Part shown: positions 53,675-64,000 of the stretch, piece after piece
How the letters are laid out: every line of letters starts with the position of its first letter
Numbering within the stretch: the stretch's first letter is position 1
Source: Marsupella aquatica
Taxonomy: Eukaryota; Plantae; Marchantiophyta
Length of the DNA stretch: 64,000 nucleotides
Assembly: GCA_973895155.1 (NCBI GenBank)
Contig: OZ316891.1
Span: 11,099,875-11,163,874, forward strand
Direction of reading: 5' to 3'
Notes under the pieces: model-generated
The model's input: the letters and a program-made list of their open reading frames with translations, nothing else
The model's database searches: none
What the model was told of the DNA's origin: nothing
Position numbers and translations under genes: made by a program

Positions 53675-54255
53675 AGGCCACAAAGAGCACCATCGCCAAC
53701 GGCAGCCATCGCCCTGCTTCGATTCAAATTTTATTTAATTAAGCGAGCACGAGAGCACGAGAGCACGAGCTGCAGACCAGATCACACGACCCACGGTGCT
53801 GCTGATTCTGCTGAGCTCGACTGACTCGATTCGATTCGAATCAACTCAAATCGAAAAGCATGAATGCTCAAAGCCCCGCAAATAGCGCAGTGACTGTGTG
53901 AACGGAGTTTAGGAGCAAGCACAATAAACACATAAAAAGAGACTTGTTCTTCCCCCTCTTCATCCCTCGTTGAAGAATCAATCAATCCATCCATTAATTC
54001 AGTACAACTCAGATTTCTTATTTCAGATAGCAAGCGTGGAGTCAATGGGCCAATCAGAGCCAATGATATTTATGACGTCCATGGGCCAAATCAGAGCCAT
54101 TGAATATAATTATGACTGCTAGCCCAGACTAGCCCAGATATGCACACGAAGGGCTGTACCCTTTCCCATCTCATAAGCATAGAATTAATATCCAAAACAG
54201 AATTCCAGAAAATCATAGTTTACACTTCATCTCATAATTAGTTCCATGACCCCTT

Positions 54256-54610
54256 GTTTATGTAAGTTTGATGTTGTTCAACAAGTTAGAGACCACCATG
54301 AAGAGTTGAATGTTGGAATAATTATGAATATGTTGATAATAGTAAAAAAGTTGGTTATGTAATGTTTGATGTTATTCAACAAGTTAGAGACCCAGTTAGA
54401 TACCATGAAGAGTTGCAACTTGGAATAATTTTGAATATGTTGATAATAGTAAAAAATTTGGTTATGTAATGTTTGATGTTATTCAACAAGTTAGAGACCT
54501 AGTTAGATACCATGAAGAGTTGCAACTTGGAATAATTTTGAATATGTAGATAAAAGTAAAAAGTTGATTATGTCAGCTTGATGTTATTCAATAAGTTAGA
54601 GACCATGCAA
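54256..54610. repeat. About 100-109 bp AT-rich tandem repeat, about 3.5 copies
   Basis: TTATGTAA.GTTTGATGTT.TTCAACAAGTTAGAGACC...CCATGAAGAGTTG....TTGGAATAATT.TGAATATGT.GATAA.AGTAAAAA begins near 54258, 54355, 54462 and 54568. Confidence 0.9.
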
Positions 54611-56586
54611 AGTTGCAAAATAGTTTTGAATTTATAAATGAGAGTGAAAAAAGGAGATTATTCATGGTAGTAGTCCATGCACAATGTTCCCTTGGTACTC
54701 CCAGGCATGTCGATAGTCCCGATCCAGTCCATCCATGTAACATTCCAATCATATAGTCCAATCATGCGAATGTTATATTAGCCTAAGGGTTTCTTATGTT
54801 TCTTTGGTATTCCTCTATCTATAGCAGTTGAAAGGTTTCTTATGTTCTTTTGGTATTCTTTTGTCCATAGTAGCCAAAGGGTTTCTTATGTTATCTTGAT
54901 AAATGTTACAATAGCTGAAGAGTTTCTTTCAACCCATGATTATCTCAAAAATTTGTTAGCTAAATAAGAAACCCATAGAATTTATTGTAAAACATTGATA
55001 TATCAATCACAACCCATCAAAATGGTTGTTAACTCCCTTTTCGCCTGTTTTTGTTTATTTGAAATATTATTTTTCAAATTTTCATTGTTTCTACAGTTAA
55101 AAAGCCTAGCTGTTTTTTTTTTTTGCCTTCTCTCAACACAAATAGTCTCGTTTAGTTACTTTAGTATAACCAGCCCTTAGTTCGTGTTTGTGACCAAGTG
55201 TTATGTGGCTACACGTGCTTTCAAGTATTTTGGAAGGAGCTTTCCATGGGGATCAGTAAAACATATACTCAATATTAAATTTTCTATTTCCCGAAAAGTT
55301 ACAACCTATACCCATCCCATCTCACAAACATGATCCACATATAAATTGTTCTCTGCTGCCGGAAAAAGTAGGGCCCATGGCTTCATTGAATAGAGTAGGT
55401 CATGCAAGATAAACTTATATCACAAATTATGGTACATATGTATGTACCATAATTTATATTACCACAGAAATTACCGCCTACAGCTTCACTCTTACCGTAG
55501 GCTGTAATTTTTATGGTAACAGAAAATTCATAATGAAACTCATGAAGAGTCCATGAACAGTAGGCTTGATTCTTGAATTATAGTATAGATAATATAGATG
55601 TGATACTGTTATGAACAAAAGTGGCCTACCTACTAGCTAGTTGTCATGTCCATGCAGCAAGGGAAAGTAATGAGTTGTGTTGCCCATAAACCACAACTGC
55701 CCCTATAAAGGGCTACGGGTAATGAGAATGGGTCAAGTCCAACTCATACCTGGTGGCTGTTAAGGTGTTTGGTCACAAAGAGTGAAGGAACATCAATGGG
55801 TCAATGATAGCCATGGAAATGACGATGTAATATTGTCATGTTTTCTTCTTTTTGTTGCTCTGAAAGACTCCACTTAATCCATGAAGAAAATTAGCCTACC
55901 TACAGCTTGGCATGCCTTTGTGGTAAGCCAAATTATGAGATCTGTTGCCCTGTAAGGAAACCTGACTAGATAATAAACAAATACCTGGTGTACCACCAAG
56001 AATGAGGGAACATTTCCCATACCGTCATTAGTATGTACTCATGACAATGAGACCCAACCATGGCTATCCTAACGTTGGTACACACTCTACGCAATGGAGT
56101 CCCACCACTGAATTTCACTTGGTTGAGTCAATCTAGCATGCTCATCCTGGAACATGCTTGATATTTTGTCTTGTAGTGTTATGTAAGTAGATAAAATACA
56201 AGAATATAACTTGAATACATATTAAGTGTGAGTGGGATAAAATAATATAAGTAGACACATGCAAAGAAAAGCATATAGTGAATGACCAATGAAAAGTACA
56301 GTCAAATTCTATTCTTCATATGTACTTTCTCATGAACTATGGATCCTTCATGAGTTTCTCCACTCGTTTCTCCATTGTGGTGTCTTGTGAAATTGAGTGG
56401 TCTTATGTTGTGCATTTGCTGTCTAGTCTGAGATACCGGTTTTTTACACCCAGGTTTGTGGGAACTTGCTACACTATAAAGGTAGGTTGTATGAACCCCT
56501 CTGCCTACCCTTGAGGTTGCCTGAAACTATCTTGCGGATTAGAAATAGGCCTACATAAATTGGATTCTTGTTCCATCAAAAAGTAA

Positions 56587-57204
56587 CTTTTTATTAACCT
56601 GTACCCAAACTGTTTGGATTTACTAACTACTCCCCAAAACTAAATTAATTTTCAAGTGCACCCCCATGTATATATGGGGTTACCCTAAACTCAACAAGTA
56701 ACCCAAGGTCAGTTCTCATTGGTCCAATGTCACATGGTGAGGCGCTACTGGCCCCACATTACCCTGGTCTCCTGCCTGGTCTACAGCGCCCTATGTTGGT
56801 AGCTGTCTACCTTTCATTGTGAACTGGGTTTTTGATGCCTTGCAGGCCTGACAACCCTCAAAGCCAGACGTCCACCCTGCCAGCCTGACAATTGCCCGCA
56901 ATGCGCCAACCCGGGTTGGACACGGGGTGGGCAAGCACAGGCAGGATTTGGGCCTGCAAAGGCTTGACGACCCAGTTTGAGATGGGGGATGGAGAGCAGC
57001 CCAACATAGGGCACTTTTGAGGTAATCCGCGGCCAGTAGTGCCTTGCCACACTTATGGCATGGCATCAATGAGGGCCTCCTGAGGTTAGCATATAACCCC
57101 ATATACCAAATGGGGGAGCACTTGACAATTAATGTAGTGTTGGGGAGTAGTTAGTATATCCCGTCAGTTTGGGGGACAGGTCAGTTTGGGGGTTAGTAAA
57201 AAAG
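56587..57204. mobile_element. MITE / non-autonomous TIR element with long (about 100 bp) inverted repeats, upstream of the AAE3-OXC gene
   Basis: TACTAACTACTCCCCAAAACTAAATTAATTTTCAAGTGC (from 56621) matches the reverse complement of GCACTTGACAATTAATGTAGTGTTGGGGAGTAGTTAGTA (from 57118) with 3 mismatches. Pairing extends both ways (TATATGGGGTTA / TAACCCCATATA; CCCAAACTG / CAGTTTGGG). No TSD was resolved. Confidence 0.8.
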
Positions 57205-58032
57205 CTGAAAATAAGAATGCCTTCCTCTTGATATTTCTTGGCTGTCCGAATGGTCAATTTGGGTGATTAGAGAGGTTGGGACTTCTTGTAAAGCCACCCT
57301 AAAGAACTGGCATGCTTCTCTCTCCCTCGTAACCATGGCGCTTGCAGGGAGGGACACGAGAGCAAGGCTCTGACAACCAACGTGTCGATCCCAAGAGATG
57401 TGGGTCCACCGATAATGCCTGGTGTCTGGTGGTGAGACATGGTAACAAGAACAAACAAAGAATCAGCGAGACTAGAACAGAGTTGAGCTGGGTTTTGGTT
57501 AGGTGGGACTCGAGTCTCAGGCTGTTCAGATCTCAACTTCTGAAGAAGAAAGAGTGCACCGTAAGCAGAACTCTTGCATCATCACACCGTATTCTACAGT
57601 AGCCCCCGCCTTTCCGTCCTTCAATAGCCAGCCATTCAGAAACAGGAAAGGATACAATCATACCCGTGTGAAGGATGACTGTGTGATTCCCTACAGCGCT
57701 GCTTACATTCGGATGCACAGATGCAGTGAACCTCCGCATTCAGCGCAGCACTACCGTAGAAACCCAGAATCGCTTCGGGTGTGTAGGTGATTGTTTCTCG
57801 AAAACCATATTTGGAGGAGTCATCTTTGTGGGTGATCGACTCCGTTGTGTCTCTCGTAGAGCACGTTTTGTCGAAGTCACATCCAAAGGGGATTTGATTG
57901 AACGTCCGAAGAGGATTGTGTTGAGGCAGGAGAGGGAGGGGTACGAGAACAGGGTGACATAAGATCATCCTGAACGAGCTCACAGCTCAATTGGGTTTGT
58001 TTGTGGACTTCTAGCTGGTTGGGTTTGTTTTC

Positions 58033-60509
58033 ATGGCTCCTCTCACAGTCCACGCTTTGCTGAGCAAAGCAGTGAGTGAATATGGGGACAGTCTGGCGTT
58101 GGGTGTTCCCGGAGGAGCACAGCTGACGCATGCAGAGTTGCAGGTTGCCATCGACAAGGCAGCGATTCAGCTCAAGGGCGTCGGAGTCAAGCCTGGGGAT
58201 CTCGTTTCTCTGGCCTTCCCTAACTCTTTGGAGGTATGGAAACACCCAAATTAGAAAATTGAGCTTAAGCACTCCATTCACTTTGATGTGACAGTCTTCC
58301 AATAGGGGTTTTTGGGGGTGGGTTGGAAGCAAGTGGGGCGTACTCTGTAATGTGTTGTCAATTTGGTTCTTTGCTGTGTATGTTTCATTCTAGTCTTCTC
58401 AAATCTATTCTCTGCCTTCTGGGAACGTCATTTTTGTTCCCATGAGCAGGGAAGCTTTTCCTTATTTGTTACTCACTCTTACTGGAGCTCGTGCTGCCCT
58501 CAAATATAGCAAATTGCCATTCACAATCCTCATGTGTTCATGGATGGACTAAATGTCTGCAGTTTGTGGTCGTATTCTTGGCCGTGATTCGAGTTCGTGC
58601 GATAGCAGCGCCTTTGAACGCAGCTTACACAGAAGATGAATTTCAATTCTTCATGGAGGATGCGGAGTCCAAGTTGCTGCTCGTGCCTGGGAAGGAGGGC
58701 AATGGGCCAGCGGAGGCCGCCGCAGCAAAGCTGAAACTGCCGGTGGCAGGTGTGCATTGGGAGAAGGGCGAATCCGGGCCAGGGGACGTGGGATTCATTC
58801 CGAAAGCAAGATTAGAATCAGGTCATGCAGAGTCAGCGGGAGAGGCACCAGAGGAGGACGATGGGGCACTTTTTCTCCACACTTCAGGGACTACGAGCCG
58901 TCCGAAGGGAGTTCCACTCACAAACAAAAATCTGGCCTCCTCAATTGAGCATATCAAGGCCACGTACGAGCTTTCTTCTACTGACCGGACTGTAATTGTA
59001 ATGCCACTTTTCCATGTGCATGGGCTGATGGCGGGGTTGCTCTCATCCCTGGGCGCTGGGGGGGCTGCTATACTGCCTTCTGCAGGTCGGTTTTCTGCAT
59101 CAACGTTTTGGAAAGATATAAGGGAAAGTGGGGCAACATGGTACACTGCTGTTCCAACTATCCACCAAATTCTTCTCTCATTGCACAAGAGCAAACCCGA
59201 GGCAGAGTATCCCAAGTTGCGATTTATTCGGAGTTGTAGTTCTAGCCTTGCACCAGCTACATTGCGTTCTCTAGAAGAAGCATTCCACGCCCCTGTTTTG
59301 GAAGCTTATGCAATGACTGAGGCTAGCCATCAGATGACTTCCAATCCGCTTCCAGCTCATGGTCCACACAAACCTGGTACTGTCGGGAAGGCCACTGGAA
59401 TTGAGCTTGCAATTTTGAGCCCTGGTGGAGAAGTGTTGGCTGCGGGGCAAAATGGCGAAGTCTGTATCCGCGGTCCAAATGTGACCAAAGGATACAGAAA
59501 CAACCCTGATGCCAACAAGGCAGGATTTGAGTTTGGCTGGTTTCACACTGGTGATCAGGGAATCATCGATCAGGAAGGTTACCTTTCTCTGACTGGACGG
59601 ATCAAGGAGCTCATTAATCGTGGGGGTAAGTTTTTGTTGGCATTAGCCATTGGAGACCGCAATGAAGTAATCATGGCATTAGTTCCCACTTTTCCTTCTG
59701 CAGTGTTTGTTGTGACGTGACGTTGATAAGCTTCATGTTGGGACGGGGCAGGTGAGAAGATTTCACCTATCGAAGTCGATGAAGTGCTTCTATCACATCC
59801 GGCGGTATCAGAGGCTGTGTCATTCGCTGCCCCCGATGAGAAGTATGGTGAAGAGGTAAGTTTAATTATTCAACCATCAGCTGAATTTTATGGAGAGCTT
59901 AAGGTCGGGAAGTTGCACAAATACTAAATACTTTTGCTCAATCTAGTACTATAACTTCTGGGTTTATTCGTATTTTAGTGCACCAGTTCACCTCACTAGC
60001 ATTAAGCGTGGGTAGAGTAGCTTGTTTACTTTGAACGACTCTTGTGTCAGATTTAGAAACTTTTCGTCAGGGGTGTTTCTGTCTATCGGTTTAGATGAGA
60101 GTTGTGCATGGGACAATAGAGTCAAAGTTACAGCTCTCAGTAAGTCTCACTCACCAATTAACCACCAAACATGTAGCGTATATGTGACAGCAAACGGTCT
60201 CTAGACAAAAATGATTCTTAAGGACCGGATTCTTAGGACAAGGATGTTAGTTTCGCATTTGATGACATAAGTGTGCTGGTCTTACAGGTAAATGCAGCGA
60301 TTGTTCTGTATCCGAACCAGAAAGCAACCGAAAAGGACATTTTGGATTTCGTCAAGAAGAATTTAGCTCCTTTCAAAATTCCAAAACGAATTTTTTTCGC
60401 AGACACACTTCCTCGTACTGCTACTGGAAAAATTCAGCGTCGATTCGTTGCGGAGCACTTCCTCTCAAAGGACAACGGATCAACAAGCAAAAAGGAAAGC
60501 TCAGGTTAG
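58033..60509 (+). CDS. AAE3: Oxalate--CoA ligase (acyl-activating enzyme 3) module; 529 aa if it ends at TAG 60507-60509
   Basis: AMP-binding motifs LFLHTSGTTSRPKGVPLT, PLFHVHGL, WYTAVPTIHQILL, LRFIRSCSSSLAP, VLEAYAMTEASHQM, WFHTGDQG, GRIKELINRGGEKISPIEVD and LPRTATGKIQRR. HTSGTTSRPK, RSCS and EAYAMTEA are typical of the AAE3/Pcs60 oxalyl-CoA synthetase clade. Confidence 0.93.
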
Positions 60510-62932
60510 CATGCATTGTGGAATATGTCTTTGCTTGCAGAATAGCTATCAAGGGGAGTTTCCATTATGAGATCATAAAACAGGGGGAATGCCCTCTTTC
60601 AGTTGTACAGTGATTACAATCTATCAATACCGAGATGAACATGTTCATACCTTCAGCTTTACTTTTGATTGGAGTTTCTACTATCTTTTATCAATTTTCA
60701 ACCTTTGTCACCAGAGAACACCACGAAGGTCTAGCAACAGTCCCAAGAATCCTGTTTGAATCCGATTTGAATACACTTTCAAGAATTGAATGGTCTCCAA
60801 AGTTGGAAAGCTGGGATGGAATTGTTTGAAGGGCGTACTTTTACTGTCATGTATGATGTTTGTTTCTGCAATTCAGTGACAGCAACTCAACAGGAGAAGA
60901 CAACACGTCTTTTAGATGGGAACCTTTTCGCAGCCAAAGCCCTCGCTAAAGCTGGAGTGGAACATATGTATGGTGTAGTTGGTATACCTGTAACAACTTT
61001 GGCTAACTGTGCCATGAGAGAAGGCATTCGTTTCATCGCCTTTCACAATGAGCAATCAGCAGGCTATGCAGCCAGTGCTTCAGGCTACTTGACTGGGAAG
61101 CCTGGAGTACTTCTGACTGTGTCAGGACCAGGTGCTGTACATGGTCTTGCTGGGTTGAGTAATGGAATGATCAATACATGGCCGATACTCATGGTGTCAG
61201 GGTCAAGTGTACAAGCTGATGTGGGAAAAGGTGACTTTCAAGAATTGGACCAGGTTGAAATTGTGAAGCCATTTGTTAAGTACTCGGCGAAGGCAAAGAG
61301 TATAAGGGAAATTCCAACTGCCGTGGCTGAGGCTATTTCCGCTTCTGTCAGCTCTAGGCCAGGTGGTACTTATGTTGACATACCTTCAGATGTTCTGCAT
61401 GAAACCATCAGTGAGGAAGAGGCAGAGAAACTGTTGGAATGTGTGAGTGAATATGTTCCTATCTGGGGTCGAGCAGACATTCCCAAGGAGTTGCAAGCTC
61501 CAAAAACTGATGTCGGTAAAGCGATTTCTTTGCTGAGACATGCTCAAAAACCTCTCATTGTTTTTGGAAAGGGAGCTGCTTATGCTCATGCGGAGGAGCC
61601 CATCAAGCGTTTAGTTGACATCACACATATACCTTTCCTAGCAACTCCAATGGGAAAGGGTTTACTTCCAGATTCCCATTCCCTCTCTGCAGCTGCCGCC
61701 AGATCTCTAGCAATTGGGGAGAGCGATGTAGTTTTGGTCGTTGGTGCGAGGCTTAATTGGTTACTACACTTTGGAGAGCCGCCTCGGTGGTCGAAAACTG
61801 TGAAGTTTATTCTTGTGGATATCTCAAAAGAAGAGATAGAATTTCGCAAACCCACGCTTGGTCTGGTTGGAGATGCAAGAGTGGTTCTGCAGCAGATTGC
61901 TGCTGACGTTAAAGACGATCCATTTTGTTTTGGTGATCAGCACCCGTGGTTGCAGAAACTTAAGGCGAAGTCACAAGCAAACATTGAGAAAATGGCTGCG
62001 TCTTTGGCTAAAGTTGTTGTACCCTTCAATTATCTCACTCCATTGCGGATAATCCGTGATGCAATATTGGCCGAGGGCTCACCAGCACCAATACTTGTAT
62101 CAGAGGGCGCAAACACGATGGACGTTGGGAGGTCAGTCTTGGAACAAACAGAGCCCCGAACGAGACTTGATGCAGGGACATGGGGAACAATGGGAGTAGG
62201 TCTTGGGTACACAATTGCTGCAGCTGTGACACAACCTGGGCGGCTTATTGTGGCCGTTGAAGGAGATTCCGGGTTTGGGTTCAGTGCCATGGAGGTCGAG
62301 GTATTATTATCATTACTAGTTGTGCATTTTTCTTTTTGTTAAGCTTAATGACAAGGGCAGGCAAATGTCGAGGGATGTGATATGCAGTGGCGGCATTCAA
62401 GCTGGAAGTGCCGGATGTATGAGACAGCCAGACGCTAGAATTCCCGATTTTGCCAGAATGATGTTCAGTTTCCCTGAGAGTGAAGATTTTGAAGTAGTGC
62501 ATGGTGCCTTTTCTCATAAGAATGATATCTATTCAGAGTCATTTCGGGTATATGAATCAGTGAGAGTGGATCATCATCGTAAGATAACTAATGCTATTTT
62601 TTGTTTTCTTTGTGTAGACTTTGGTGCGGTACAGACTGCCAGTGGTGATCATTGTCTTCAATAACGGAGGTGTATATGGTGGGGACCGAAGAACGCCCGA
62701 GGAAACCTTGGGTCCTTATAAAGATGATCCAGCTCCAACTTCGTTCGTACCTGGTGCACGCTATGATCTTCTCATTGAGGCTTTTGGCGGCAAAGGATAT
62801 CTAGTGGGAACTCCAGAGGAACTTCAAAGTGCTCTGAAGGAGTCTTTTGCAGCTCGGAAACCTGCAGTCATAAATGTCACCATAGATCCTTTCGCCGGCT
62901 CAGAAAGTGGCCGAATGGGGCACAGGAATTGA
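58033..62932 (+). CDS. Predicted bifunctional oxalate--CoA ligase (AAE3) / oxalyl-CoA decarboxylase (OXC/HACL-like) fusion protein, 1107 aa
   Basis: Six exons: 58033-58233, 58563-59625, 59752-59855, 60288-60504, 60877-62300 and 62618-62932. They total 3324 nt (1108 codons including the stop), and all introns are GT-AG and phase-consistent. The joining intron 60505-60876 (TCAG|GTTAGC ... TTTGTTTCTGCAATTCAG|TG) is phase 1 at both ends and gives ...KKESS-V-TATQQEK... Confidence 0.75.
60877..62932 (+). CDS. OXC: ThDP-dependent oxalyl-CoA decarboxylase / 2-hydroxyacyl-CoA lyase module
   Basis: Motifs DGNLFAAKAL, YGVVGIPVT, FHNEQSAGYAASA (catalytic Glu), VSGPGAVHGLAGL, GDFQELDQ, PFLATPMGKG, GARLNWLLHFG, VSEGANTMDVGR and LDAGTWGTMGVG. 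The ThDP motif is VEGDSGFGFS...VFNNGG, and the end SESGRMGHRN is like plant OXC/HACL proteins. One intron at 62301-62617. Confidence 0.93.
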
Positions 62933-63632
62933 TGGCAGAATGACATACTTGGGCATTCATCACTCCGGGCTGAAAGATCAAAGTTGACACATGTGCTGTG
63001 TACGAGCTGTTGTGGAGAGGTGGGAGATGGACATCTGACATTTCATTAGAAACCCTTTCCAGGAAGCCACACGATGTATTTTCCGGCCATATGTCCATAT
63101 ATGCCACAGACTAAATTAATGGATTTCTAAGTCATGAAAGGAAGCGCTGGCCAGGGAAGAACGTTGTGATTACTAGTAAGGGAACAATATCGACTAAATG
63201 GAAGATAACTTTTTAACACTGGAACAGGCTATGGACAGGAGACGGAATTGGGGACAAGGGAAAAATATGATGTTGCAGTGCATCCCAAAATCTATCGTAT
63301 GTGAGATACCGTGGAGAGGGTAACGATGACCCTACATCCTGAACACGTTGGCTTACTGGATTGGAACTTCACGACATTAGCCTGCAGAACAATTCAGAAA
63401 ACACATCCAAACTGAAAGATTCGAATGGGCGATTCTTCAAGTACTGCCACCATTCTTGCCTAAAATTTACCGAAATGACCTGCAAAGGTCCAACCAATTC
63501 ATCTGGTAAAAGTCTTTGTCTCGACTCACCTCATCGAAGGACTTTTCATGGGTGAATCTGAATGAGAACACAAAGTGTTTACGAATACTGAAGTTATCGA
63601 CTTGGGTTGCCATAAGCTGGGACTACCTGGCG

Positions 63633-64000
63633 CCCCCCCCCCCCCCCCCCCCAAACTATTGGAATTTTCTAAGGTTTCCCCAAACAAATTTATTTACTAA
63701 CCTGACCCCTTGTGTATATGGGTTAGTATTGCCTCAGTAGATGCCTTTGTCATCATTGGTGTAGGGTCTCCTGCTGCCACTTGGCAAGGTTCCGTTGACT
63801 GTGAGCTTGACCCGGGTTATCTTGGCAGAACCATTGAATGGTCAGGTTCAGGGCCTTTGAGACCCAAGGTAGGTTGACTTTACAAGTTGGCCGGAGTTTT
63901 TACCAGGCATGAAACTGAGCCTGGATTTTAGGTGTCTGATTAGATGCCATGCTTTGAGGTGGAAAAACCTGCACACAGATTCACACTTCTTCTAAAGAGA
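63633..64000. repeat. Poly-C run followed by a degenerate element related to the MITE at 56587-57204
   Basis: A run of about 20 C at 63633, then CCCAAAC...TTTACTAAC...GTATATGGGTTAGTATTGCCTCAG, which resembles the TIR-proximal GTATATGGGGTTATATGCTAACCTCAG of the upstream element. The right end was not seen. Confidence 0.45.

Noticed and set aside
60786-60876. N-terminal extension of the decarboxylase ORF given in the ORF track (MNGLQSW...MYDVCFCNS)
   Set aside because: It starts at a non-ATG codon, shows no family similarity and ends in a polypyrimidine-AG acceptor. It is more likely intron, though kept as an alternative in the findings.
29557-62932. Lipid gene cluster of KCS plus HACL (elongation and alpha-oxidation)
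   Set aside because: They are about 27 kb apart with transposons and RGP1 between them. The HACL-like module is better explained by its link to AAE3.

Overview
Eukaryotic land-plant genomic DNA. Spliced genes and repeat types suggest a non-seed plant such as a bryophyte (inference). From left to right it contains an oligopeptide transporter gene (OPT family, +, start exon not identified), an intronless AIG1/IAN-type GTPase with a CaaX end (-), a degenerate tandem array plus a decayed RLE-type non-LTR retroelement end, CCDC93 (-), a repeat-rich intergenic tract and an intronless 3-ketoacyl-CoA synthase (+). Next come a full-length but decayed Ty1/copia element (-; both LTRs, PBS, PPT, 5-bp TSD) inserted in the terminal inverted repeat of a small DNA element, a related solo LTR, a tiny TRIM-like piece whose LTR carries a tRNA-like fold, RGP1 (-) and MITE-like elements. 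The main result is at 58033-62932 (+). An AAE3-type oxalate--CoA ligase and a ThDP-dependent oxalyl-CoA decarboxylase / 2-hydroxyacyl-CoA lyase (OXC/HACL) lie about 370 bp apart. A phase-matched GT-AG intron (60505-60876) would join them into one 1107-aa bifunctional enzyme for the first two steps of CoA-dependent oxalate catabolism. The ligase stop codon lies inside the splice donor (AG|GTTAG), so retaining that intron would give a stand-alone ligase. The fusion is predicted from sequence only and needs transcript evidence.
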